Shown: piece by piece, positions 47,291-57,853 of the stretch
How the letters are laid out: each line of letters begins with the position of its first letter
How positions within the stretch are numbered: position 1 is the first letter of the stretch
Source: Azolla caroliniana
Lineage: Eukaryota > Plantae > Polypodiophyta
Assembly (NCBI GenBank): GCA_043228905.1
Contig: JBHGNT010000007.1
Span: forward strand, 12,834,001 to 12,898,000
Direction: 5' to 3'
Length of the DNA stretch: 64,000 nucleotides
Position numbers and translations under genes: made by a program
Notes under the pieces: generated by a model
The model's input: only the letters and a program-made list of their open reading frames with translations
Databases searched by the model: none
Told to the model about the DNA's origin: nothing

Positions 47291-49099
47291 ATATTATGAA
47301 TTGTAAAGTTATACTAAACTTTATCCCATGTAAATATTCTAAATATGCATGGTACAAAAAGTTATTCATGCATACACACTCGAGTTAAAAGAAAAGATGG
47401 GATAGGAAGCTAATCATGCACATGCAATGTGCATGAAAACTAAAGTTAGGAAAAGCATGATGCTTGCATGTGATAAACTTAGACTCTTCCAACACTATAT
47501 AAGGAAGAGAGAAAGATGTATATGTGGTTGTTTTTTATAAGGATTGATTAATACAAAATATTCGTGGGATTCACGATTTTACCATCTAATTCTCTCTTAC
47601 AATCTAAGTATCCATTAATACATTATACTCGTGGGATTCACGAGTTTCGTATCTCCATTTTGAAATCTATTCGAAACAAAACTATCTCATATTCTTCTTC
47701 TCCTAGTCCAAAACCTCAGTGGTTCCCACCCGACTCACGCAACGATCCGGAGCCGAAAGGCACAACACAAGTGGTGAACCCGACGTGAAGATGAAGGCCC
47801 AACACAAGGAGGAAGAAGATCAAGGACGAAAGGATATCCCCACACCTATTCTAGAGACTTCGGCGGTTGTGCACGTGCACCAACGTGAGATCGGAGAGAC
47901 GGAATGTGTCGACGGAAAAGCAGAGGACCAGAAGGGCGATGAGGAAGACAAGGTAAATGTGCATGAACGAAGGGGTTCCTTCACACCGGTTCCAGAGACT
48001 TCGACAGTCGAGACCGTGTGTCGACATAAGACTGAAGATAAAGGAGGTGGCGGAGAGGAGACAATATGGCTCGAGGCGAGCATACACGGAGGGAAGGATG
48101 TGGCTGATGAGGAGGCCAAGGATGAAGCCGTCGTTGAGTTTGATGGAGATGTGGCATGCGCGAAGGAAGGAAGAGTTGAGAACCGGTCGAACCGGTCGAA
48201 CCGGAAGACAATCCGGCCGGGATTCCGGCCCGAATGAAGGAAGATCCACATGGGAGCCGATCGACCGGGGAAATCGATCAGACGATCCTGATCCAAAAGC
48301 GGGCTGACCTGGACGGAATCAATCGGTCGAGCCCGACTTGGCGAAATGCGAATGCAAACGAAGGCCAACCGAGCCGAGAAGCGATCTGTAGAGACCGATC
48401 CGGACAAGGGCAAACCCGGCCTAATCGGAGATCGACACGAATGATCCACAACACCTAGTTGAAGACGGTGAGCGCGAGGAGTGGCCTGGAGTTCAATCGA
48501 AGGACACGCGCGGTGGATGAAGGAAGAGTGGTCGGATTGACGACATCATTTGGTAGATCTACTACAACCAACCTGGGAAGAAGGTGTGAGCGCCGGATAT
48601 GGTGGATCGGGTGGCTACGGCGGTTTGGTTGGAAAGATTGGGCATACTTGAAGTGGAAGACGAAGTTAGACGAGCATGCGGAGGAACTCGGTTGATCACC
48701 ATTGCCAAAGATCTCACCTCTTCAACTTTCTCGACACATACCGGAGGATGTGCGGGTTTGGTGGGGGTGGATGTCGTGGCAATTTTCAGCTATGGTGTGA
48801 AACTGAGTGAGACGAATAAACCAAGGATGTGCAACATTGCACACGCACTTAGCAAATAAGCCTAAGTCCTAGTGGCACTTGAGTTCATACAGAGGGGTGC
48901 AAGCAAGGTTTGAACCTTGCACCTCTAAGATACAAGATGTTTGCCTTACCACTAGGACAACTATCATATAGTGTAATTTTATGTATTTCCTTTTCATATA
49001 CGAATTATAGACGAAACAACCATAGAAAACCATGTGCACAAAACCATGGTTCTAAATCCATGGATTGTGCATGTCATAAGCAAAACCATGTCATAAGTA

Positions 49100-51422
49100 A
49101 TCGGATGACACTCGACGAACCGGCTGGATATGGACAAGAAACTGAACCGACCAAAGAAGAAGAAGAAGAAGACACCAGAACCAGACAAGATCCTGAATCG
49201 GATTCAAATTTGGAACAAACAGAGGAACCGGGATATCCTCTCCGAGAGAGAAGAGCCCCCCAAAGATTTCTGGATGCATAGCATGTGTTGCTAACCGATG
49301 AGGGGGAGCCGGAAAACTTCGAAGAAGGAAAGAGAGACACCCACAACTGCAAGTGGTTGAGTGCCATGTAGGATGAGATGGATTCCCTACATGAGAACCA
49401 CACATATGAACTGACGGAGTTGCCGAAAGGAAGAGAGCACTCCGGAACAAGTGGGTGTACAAGTTGAAACCAGGAGATGCCAGAAATCCACCCAGTTATA
49501 AGGCCCGAATCGTGGTGAAGGGCTTCCAACAAAAGAATAGAGTGGACTTCGATGAGATCTTTGCCCTAGTAGTAAAGATGACATTCATCCGGACGGTATT
49601 GGGCATAGCGGCAAGCATGGACCTCGTGGTAGAGCAACTGGACGTCAAGACGGCATTCCTACATGGCGACCTCGAAGAAGAGATCTACATGCATCAATCG
49701 GAAGGATTTGAGAGGAAAGGGAAGGAGCACTTGGTGTGCTGGCTGAAGAAGAGCCTATACAGACTAAAGCAAGCTCCCTTGCAATGGTACCAGAAGTTCA
49801 ACTCCTTCATGACTGACCAAGGGTACCACAAGACGCAGGCCGATCACTGCGTGTTTGTGAAGAAATTTGATGGAGGAGATTTCCTGATACTCCTCCTATA
49901 TGTGGATGATATGTTGATCGTCAGACGAGACCAAGGCAAGATTTGGATGCTGAAGAAGGCTTTGAACCAGACCTTCTCAATGAAAGACTTGGGGCCAGCA
50001 AGATAGATATTGGGAATGCACATCATTTGGGACCGGTCAAAGAAGTTGTTGTGGTTGTCACAGGAGAAGTATGTGACAAAGGTGCTTCAACGGTTCAACA
50101 TGTCAGAGGCGAAACCGGTCGGATCGACACTTCTGGCAAACTGCAAGTTATCCGGAAAACAAAGCCCGAGGGACAGAGGCGGAGAAGACGAATATGATGA
50201 AGATACCATATGCCTCTACCGTCGGGAGCTTGATGTACGCGATGATATGTACCCAACCAGATATCGGATATGCAGTCGGAGTGGTGAGCCGGTTCATGAG
50301 CAATCCCGGAAGAGAGCACTGGAACGCGGTCAAGTGGATACTCTGGTATCTGAAAGGCACATCGAGTATGTGCCTCCGGTTTGGCTCTGGAAAACCCCAA
50401 CTTGATGGTTTCACGGATTCGGATATGTCGGATGATGCAGATATTAGCCGATCGACATCCGGATATGTCATGACTTATGCAGGGGGAGTTGTTTCATGGC
50501 AGTCAAGGCTGCAAAAGATGGTTGCATTGTCAACCACGGAGGTAGAGTACATGGTAGCTGTAGAAGCCGGCAAGGACAAAATCTGGATGAAGGACTTCAT
50601 CGGAGAGCTAGGGATCCAACAGGAGGAATACCGGCTCTAATGTGATAGTCAAAGCACCATCCACCTTGCAAAGAATGCAGCCTACCATTCCCGGATGAAA
50701 CATATCCAGCGGAGGTACCACTGGATCCGGGAGAAAGTAAAAGATCAAGAGTTTGTGTTGATGAAGATCCACACGGAGGAGAATGGGTCGGATATGTTGA
50801 CCAAGGTGTTGACAACCGACAAGCTGGACGTGTGCCGAAAGCGGATCGGGCTGATGAGACATCCCATGCCGGAGTGAAAGGGGAGATTGTTGGGAAATCG
50901 GTCTCTTCGGATGGGACCCGATGATGAATGAAGAGGACTTGGTGAGAATTGGAAGAGATTCGGAAATCGGAGGAGACGCGGTGAGAACCAGAAGAGAGAC
51001 ATATTTGTAAATATGTCTTGACCAAGCCTATAAGCTATATTTGTAAATAGCCCTAAGTTCATATAAGTATAAATATGACTTAGGGCAATCACTTTACGGG
51101 TGTAGTTGTATTGTTGTACAGAGAGAGACAGAGACAGCGAGAGAGTGTGAGATACAGAGAAATACTTTGTTGTAACCACCGGTTGGCGAAGAAACAGAGC
51201 TTGAGGTCATTGCCTCCAAGTCTCTGATTGTACCCCCTTTTCTTCATAGTGATAGTTGGAGTCTGTGGGCTCCCGTGGTTTTTCCCATTCAGGTTTTTTC
51301 ACATAAACATCTTGTGTACTCTCTTTTATGTGTACTTCTATTCCCATTCCTGTGTTGCACTCTTATCGAAGTAATTCAAGACTCGGTCGTGGCTGAGCAA
51401 TATTCCGCGCTATTTCCTAACA
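49100..51422 (+). mobile_element. 3' half of a Tnt1/Tork-like copia element (RT-RNase H, PPT, 3' LTR 50888-51422)
   Basis: QLDVKTAFLHGDLEEEIYM, LLYVDDML, VSWQSRLQKMVALSTTE; PPT GAAAGGGGAGAT; LTR TGTTGG...CCTAACA. Confidence 0.9.
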
Positions 51423-51750
51423 CTTTGTACTATTGTAGTAAGTTAGTGACGGTGTTGTTTTCTTTCTTAAGAAAGCCATTGTTTGAGAGAGAGAGAAAGA
51501 AAGAAATATTAATCTCTTCAAAGTTATCTCAAGATTCGAACTCTTGACCGCTTGTACTATAGTCAAGTGTTACAGCACATCCAAATACATGGTCAAGTAT
51601 TATTTGAGAGAGAAAGAGAGAGAGAGAGAGAGGTTATTCTTTCCCATAGATTAAAAAGCAAGAAATCCCATTTTTATTTACTCACATACATGCATACATG
51701 GTCTGCATATTTGCTTTTTGCTTAAAAGCGTAGAATTTCTTCCTTTCACA

Positions 51751-51809
51751 ATGCGATGGGTTCAGTCTGCAGTGGGAGATTTTCGAGGTATCCCACCATC
51801 GCCGCGAAG
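51751..51809 (+). CDS. GPA3: Exon 1 of a host kelch-repeat protein, GPA3-like
   Basis: ATG..MRWVQSAVGDFRGIPPSPR then a GT donor. Resembles, from memory, the N-terminus of plant GPA3/AT2G36360-type kelch proteins. Confidence 0.75.
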
Positions 51810-52151
51810 GTCTGTTGTTAACTATCGATTATCTTCTGATTTGGCCGCTGAATCTGCAGTTTTTTACTGTATTTCAGCTTTCTGCTTTACTTTCATTTAA
51901 TTTAATTTTCATTTTTGCATGTGATTTCTCTTTAGGTTGATGCTGCTAATGTTCTTTCCCTCCCGTTATTTCTCGCATTTGATATTTCTGCGTTAGTCGA
52001 TTTATTTATTTAACTGAGCTTTCTGTGAATACTTTCATTGACGCAAACTTTTTGCATCCCTTCTTATTATACACATACACGCCTATTTGAATTGATCTGA
52101 TTTTTCAACATTTTATTTATTTGTTTTCTATCTGATCTAATTTGTGAGCAG

Positions 52152-52249
52152 TGGGCATTCGGCTGTCAAAGTGGGAAGATCGTATCTACTAATATTTGGA
52201 GGCCTCTTCGAGAAGAAGTTTCTGAATGATCTCACTGTATATGACATTG
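52152..52249 (+). CDS. GPA3: Exon 2 of the GPA3-like kelch-repeat gene
   Basis: CAG acceptor and GT donor; splices in frame to give SGHSAVKVGRSYLLIFGGLFEKKFLNDLTVYDI (kelch SGH..FGG motif). Confidence 0.8.
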
Positions 52250-55030
52250 GTATGCCCTCTTTACATTAACGTTATATTAAATTAATGTCTGTAGAAGTCC
52301 AAATTGGCTTATGATGGAACCAAATGTTACATCCGAGTGAATCTTATAGAAGAATGGTAGAAGAAGAAAAACTAGATAGTATCCAAGTTTTAACAATAGG
52401 CAAAAGCCATATTCCTTCTAATGACTCTTTCGAACAGTAGGGAGTTTCGTTCTCCAATAACCCCAACCTCACATTCAATGGGGATAAGGGCTGTATGTTG
52501 AATAAAGACATGAGAATGTCAATGGTGATAGTAGTGGCCCGGCCAATGTTGCTTGCAGAAGAAGGAACAAAATATCAAATGCAGAACAGAGAAACAAGAG
52601 TAAGAGCAAAGAAAATTATGATATTATATGCTACCAGTGTGATAGGAAAGGCTATAAGAAGCTTGAATGTAGGTACTTCAAGAAAGAAGTTGAACGTAGA
52701 GAAGAGGCTCTCGGGGACCTATATGTATCCCTGCCTTAAAACATTTCAATTGCCAAGGTCCTTATCTGGTTAGTAACTGTCTACCAAACACAATTACTGT
52801 ACAAGGAATGCTAACTGAAATTTCGGGTTCATGACAAACCAGTCATCAATCTTCATCATCCCAACAAGCCATGCAAGACCTAGCAACTTGGTTCCAAGGG
52901 GTATCTGTTGAGAATCAAGCTCAACTTGTGTGAACATGTACTTATGAAGAAAAGGACGATGTGTGAAAAAGTGTGTGAGGACACTTTATTGTAATCCGTG
53001 TAGTTGTCGAGTGTTAGTGTGGTCAAAGAATATTAGATATTCTTATGACAAAATCGTACTCAAGTGAATATCTTGGTTAGATTTCACCAACACATTTAAT
53101 AGGGCAGTCCCTTGAGGACTTCATTTAGTTTAGTTGATGATCTTTAGTTAATTAATATAGCTCTCTTAAGTGCATAAGCTGTCATCCCCCTACTGTGTGT
53201 CTTCTTATTTTTTGGTTATTCTCTCTAATCCTTCTCTTGCGTATACACTCACTCTCTCTCTCTCTCACTATGCTTCTGAATACTCAACTCTACTAGAGTT
53301 CGATTCTTTACATGGTATCAGAGCATAAGGGTTAGAGATCCTTCACTGAGTTCTACCATTGAAACTGTGTGAGCAGCTAGAGACGTTGTTCAAAACTTGC
53401 TATCGTCGCTGTAGTGTTGCACAGCAAGAGGCTCACGTTAACAGGATCATATGAATCAAGCTAAATCAGAAAAATGAATGCACAGATGGGTAGCACACTT
53501 CTAACAGAGAAGCTGGATAGGCACAACTACGCATCTTGGGAATATAAGATGCAGCAATACCTAGTTGGGCAAGGGTATTGGAGTTATATCGAGGGAGCTC
53601 AAGAAACAGCCCCCGATATTACAAATCCCAACTACCCCACATGGCAGCAAGGCACCAGTAGGGTGATGTATTGTTTGGCAACATGTGTGCAAGATCACAT
53701 GTTAAGCTATATTCGTGATGCGAAAGCCCCAACAGAAGCGTGGAAAAACTTGAAGAAGATTTTCGCGGCGTCAACCACAGCCAGAAAACTTCAACTCCGG
53801 CAGGAGTTGAACAATATTTGGTAGGGGGATATGTCCATGACGGACTATACCCTCGGATCAAAGACTTATGCGATACCCTTGGCTCCATCAATGTCGCAGT
53901 TGATGATGACGAGATGGTGCATATCTGCCTTGGCGGCCTTGCACAAAAATATGGCTCATTTCGAACTGCCATAACAACAAGAGAGAACCCCCCAAGCTTT
54001 TTTGACTTGCAATCCATGCTAATGGTTGAGGAGAACCATACACGGTCGAAAAGCACAACATCTGATGGGCAGATGCTATATACACATGATGATCTCGGTT
54101 GAGGTCACGGTCATGGTCGTGGAATTTGGGTGAGGAATGATTGAAGAAGAGGTGGACGATGTCCACAACAGTTTAATTCCTCTTCATGTGTTTTTATTGA
54201 CCTTCTGGCCAGTACAAGGAGTGCGGAACGGTGAAATCATCAGTGGGTTGTGGATAAGTCGAGAGGGAGAAGAGACCACCAAGATCGATTTGAGCGCACC
54301 TGAATCGTCGACAAAACTTGGTGTAGGCGTGGATTAGACGAGATAAAGGGAGGGGAGAGGGAGATGAGGGATCAAAACACTAATAATAAAACTCTAATTA
54401 AGAATAAAACACTAAATAAGAGTATCGGATTGTGTTGGACAGCCATCTCGTGCACCCTTCCCCCTCCCTATATGGCGCGCTGTTTGGGACTGCCCAAGGC
54501 AGCCGATAGACATTCGCGCCGTCCCTCCTTCCAACCCCTCATCCATGCTTACAACAGCCTCACCTCTCACGTTTTTAGAACCCTTACTCCCCTTTCTCTG
54601 TTCCCTCCTCACATCCCCCTTTGTCTTCATATGGAGGCAGTCTCTATCCTCCCCTCACCTCTCCCTCTCAATTATTTCCATATCTCATCCATGCCTCTGC
54701 ATTACTTCCCGATAATCTAACTCATGCCCCCCCCTATTTTGCCCCTAATTCACATAATACCCCTCCCCCTCCTTTATCTAATTTTCATTCGCCCCCCCCA
54801 CCTTTTTTTACCCCATTTGTTGAAAACCCCCCCTCTAACTCATACTCTACCCCTCCCTCGTATCTTAATAAACCCCCTTCTTATTATCCCCTATAATATA
54901 AAAACCCCCTTCACCCACCACACCACCCCTCCCTCCTATCCTAATCATAAACATTATAGAAATACACTACACCCCACTAATCCTCCCCCTACCACACACC
55001 ATAGGAACCCACCTTCTAGCCGACCAAAAA

Positions 55031-56987
55031 ATGACTAGCACGGCGTGCTAAGCGTGTTAACAAACACTTTAGACACGCTGTGCATCCTTGTAGACGCCTA
55101 TTTTATCTTCTTAATAGGACCACCTCCACCCCAGACACTTTTATGTGGCTAGGTAATACAAATACATCTTTCCCCTTCCGCCCATGCCAGAAAATATCCA
55201 ATAGTAATAAACTACAAAAAAAGTTTTGGAAACCGCTTAATGCTACCCTTCGAATAGAAAGTAAAATTCACAATTTATCTAAACACCCCCTCACAAATAA
55301 TGAAACACAATTGTTAAGCTTAGGACTCAAATACATTCTACCACCCTCTCTACCTTCCACTAATACTATCATTAAAGAATTTGCTAGTTTAAGTAGATCT
55401 TTACGTTTAAAACATTTCTTTAGAGACATGGACTCACACCCCCTTAATCCATTTAAACTACCAAATCCTAACTGGAATCCACCATCTCAATATCCCCATC
55501 TTGAAAATATTATTAAAAAACATGAAACCCTCCTTTTGTCTAAACTCCAACAACCTAAACTCAAACCCGTTAGGACACCATTTCACCTTCGCATAGCCCT
55601 TAAGAGACTTAGGAAAAACAACCAAATTATCATTCTTCCGGTTGATAAGAACATGGGAGTATGTGTTCTAGACAAAGATACCTATTATGAAAAAGCTATA
55701 AACAACCTCTCGGATACCACCACCTATAGAAAAGTAACCCATTTTCCATTAGAAGAACTCTTATATTGCCTTAATAGTATAGTGCAAAAAAATCTAGGAA
55801 CACTTTCCTTTATCGAAGCTAATTACATACTCCATAAACCCCTAAAGGGATATCAAGTATCTAATATTTACTTTCTCTCTAAACTCCATAAAACACCCAT
55901 TAGCTTTAGACCCATCTGTTCTTATATATAACTCGATATTCGAGCAAACCTCGAAATGGCTACATTTTCAACTTTTACCCATCCTAGTACTCCAAAAACA
56001 ATACCTAAAAGACTCACACTCCCTCATCGAGAAACTAGAACAACTAATCCCCCCTCCTAACAGTTTCATCTTCTCTTTTGATGTAGAATCCGTTTATCCT
56101 AGCATCCCCCTAAGTTAGGACTCGAAGCACTTCGCCATATCATCTCCCCACATTTTTCCTTAGCCAAGTCTAATCTTATCTATACCCTTAGCGCTCTAAC
56201 CCTAGAGTATCACTACCTAACCTTCGATAATCAAGTATACCAACAAATCAAAGGAACAACCATGGGTAGCAACTTCTCAGTTGTCTATGCATGCCTTTTC
56301 TTATCACACGTAGAAAACTCACAAACCACACCCCATCTCTTCCATTTTACTAGGTACATACATGATGCATTTGGGGTTTGGACAGGTACGAAACCCTAAC
56401 ACTTAGACTACCTTAGTTTCTATAGCCTTATGACCAATAACTCTATTATCCTTACGATCCATACACCCCCCACTAGGCTCCCTTTCTTGGATATTTGGAT
56501 CAATCTGAGAACTCTAAGTTCTCCTTCAATTGTTTCCAAAAACCATTAAATTCCTATCAATATCTTCCCTTCTCTTCAGACCATCCCATGCATGTTAAAC
56601 AAAATTTTATTTCGAACGAATTAAAACGTTACCTAGTTAGAGAAAGCACACCTATAGGGTACCTAGAAATGAAAAAACGTTTCTTCCTTAGACTCATTAG
56701 CTGAGGTTACCCACCCCATTTCATCCTTAAAGCCTTTAAAAAACATCCTTTCTCCCTTAGGAATACTCTCATCCATAAGCATAAAAACAAATGTTCCCTT
56801 GCTTAGGTACTCTAAAAACTCCCCTAAATTAGGCATCCACTCGTTTTTACAAGACTTACACGCCGACCTCAGCCTAGATCCCCAACTAAAAGACATTCCT
56901 AAGCCTTTCATATGTTGGACTAAGTCCAAATCACTCTATTATTATCTAGTCAAAACTAAATATATTAGATCCCCAAATCCCCATTAA
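55031..56987 (+). pseudogene. PLE reverse transcriptase; no C-terminal GIY-YIG
   Basis: IHNLS..LLSLGLKY, LRLKHFF, ILPVDKNMG, KLHKTPISFRPI, FDVESVYPSI, YQQIKGTTMGS, RYIHDAF (from YIDD), LPFLDI, QKPLNSYQYLPFSSDHP; stops after YYLVKTKYIRSPNPH. Confidence 0.88.
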
Positions 56988-57186
56988 AACATCACACTTA
57001 CTATGTATTGCTATCTATCTATTAGAACTAAATATAATAGATCCCCAAATCATCCCTTCCCATCAAACTCATTAGGCTATCCCTCTCTACATTCACTACC
57101 TCCCTAACTCCCACATCCTCCTTTATACACATTCAAAACCCCTCTCTCCCTCTCATCCATCCCCACCACTCCCCTTCTCTCTTCCC

Positions 57187-57467
57187 CGCCATCGTAGGTG
57201 CTTCCCTCGCTTCGGAGACATTTCCATTCTGGATCGACCTATGCTAGAGACAATATATCTAACTTGAGGATGTCACATGTGCCAAAAACCAGATTCCCTC
57301 ATTTCTTTTCTTTTCATGTTATTTACTTTTATATTTACTGTGTAGTATTTATTTTATTTTGATTTGTTCTTAAAGATGAGACAACACTTAAGATGTAATC
57401 TCTTATTTGGTCTTATAGGCCAGTTTGGCCTCTTAAAAGACGTTAATATATCTTTCTTTCTTCTTTC
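57187..57467 (+). mobile_element. 5'-truncated RTEX-like LINE 3' end inserted in the PLE 3' UTR
   Basis: Reverse complement of 60870-61180; (TTTC)n tail; flanked by TCTTCCC on both sides. Confidence 0.75.
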
Positions 57468-57504
57468 ATCTTCCCTTATATAAGCCTCTCACATTTTTGT
57501 ATAT

Positions 57505-57557
57505 GGTCTTTAGCACTGATTCGCTCATATAGAGCGAAACATGTTTGCCAAAAGACC
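57505..57557 (+). ncRNA. Minimal type I hammerhead ribozyme with a mutated core (CUGAUUC)
   Basis: GGUCUUU-A-GCA CUGAUUC GCUC-AUAUA-GAGC GAAAC-AU-GUU UGC-CA-AAAGACC. Confidence 0.72.
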
Positions 57558-57612
57558 TTTTCTTACATAAATTGAAATTTGAATTCTCTCTCTCTCTCTC
57601 TCTCTAATGCTA

Positions 57613-57853
57613 GAAGTCAACCCAGGGATACAAAAATGGGCTTCAGACCAGGACATAACAAAGGGGTTACAATTGATCAGGCAATGACAATTTGCCGTGC
57701 ACGTAGGCCTTGGCCCCATGGACCACGACCTCGACACCCTTGTCATCGACAGATAAAAGCCATTATCTCCCGCCATCGTAGGTGCTTCCCTCGCTTCGGA
57801 GACATTTCCATTCTGCATCGACCTATGCTAGAGATCTTCCAAAGACAAAAGTG
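57613..57853 (+). mobile_element. Internal fragment of the same RTEX-like LINE
   Basis: Reverse complement of ~61095-61338. Confidence 0.75.

Larger units (their letters stand above)
46738..49090 (+). mobile_element. Non-autonomous LTR element J: 5' LTR 46738-47767, Trp PBS 47772-47788, ~1-kb internal region, truncated 3' LTR from 48772
   Basis: 46738-47050 repeats at 48772-49082; PBS identical to that of B; pre-PPT/PPT CATACCGGAGGATGTGCGG..GGTGGGGGTGGA matches B; no pol motifs. Confidence 0.85.
54181..57612 (+). mobile_element. Penelope-like retroelement (PLE) with an inverted 3' tail (54181-54420) and a hammerhead in the 3' UTR
   Basis: PLE-type RT, C-rich UTRs, hammerhead at 57505; tail shared with 37481-37718. 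Confidence 0.82.

Noticed and set aside
52300-52900. Possible third kelch exon or LINE remnant
   Set aside because: No kelch motif in any frame; too degenerate to classify.
54225-54250. CTGATGA on the minus strand as a third hammerhead
   Set aside because: No stem II followed by GAAA, and the motif is not conserved in the 37530 copy.
54600-55038. Pro-rich extensin-like ORFs
   Set aside because: A by-product of the C-rich PLE 5' region; low complexity, with no signal peptide or SPPPP periodicity.
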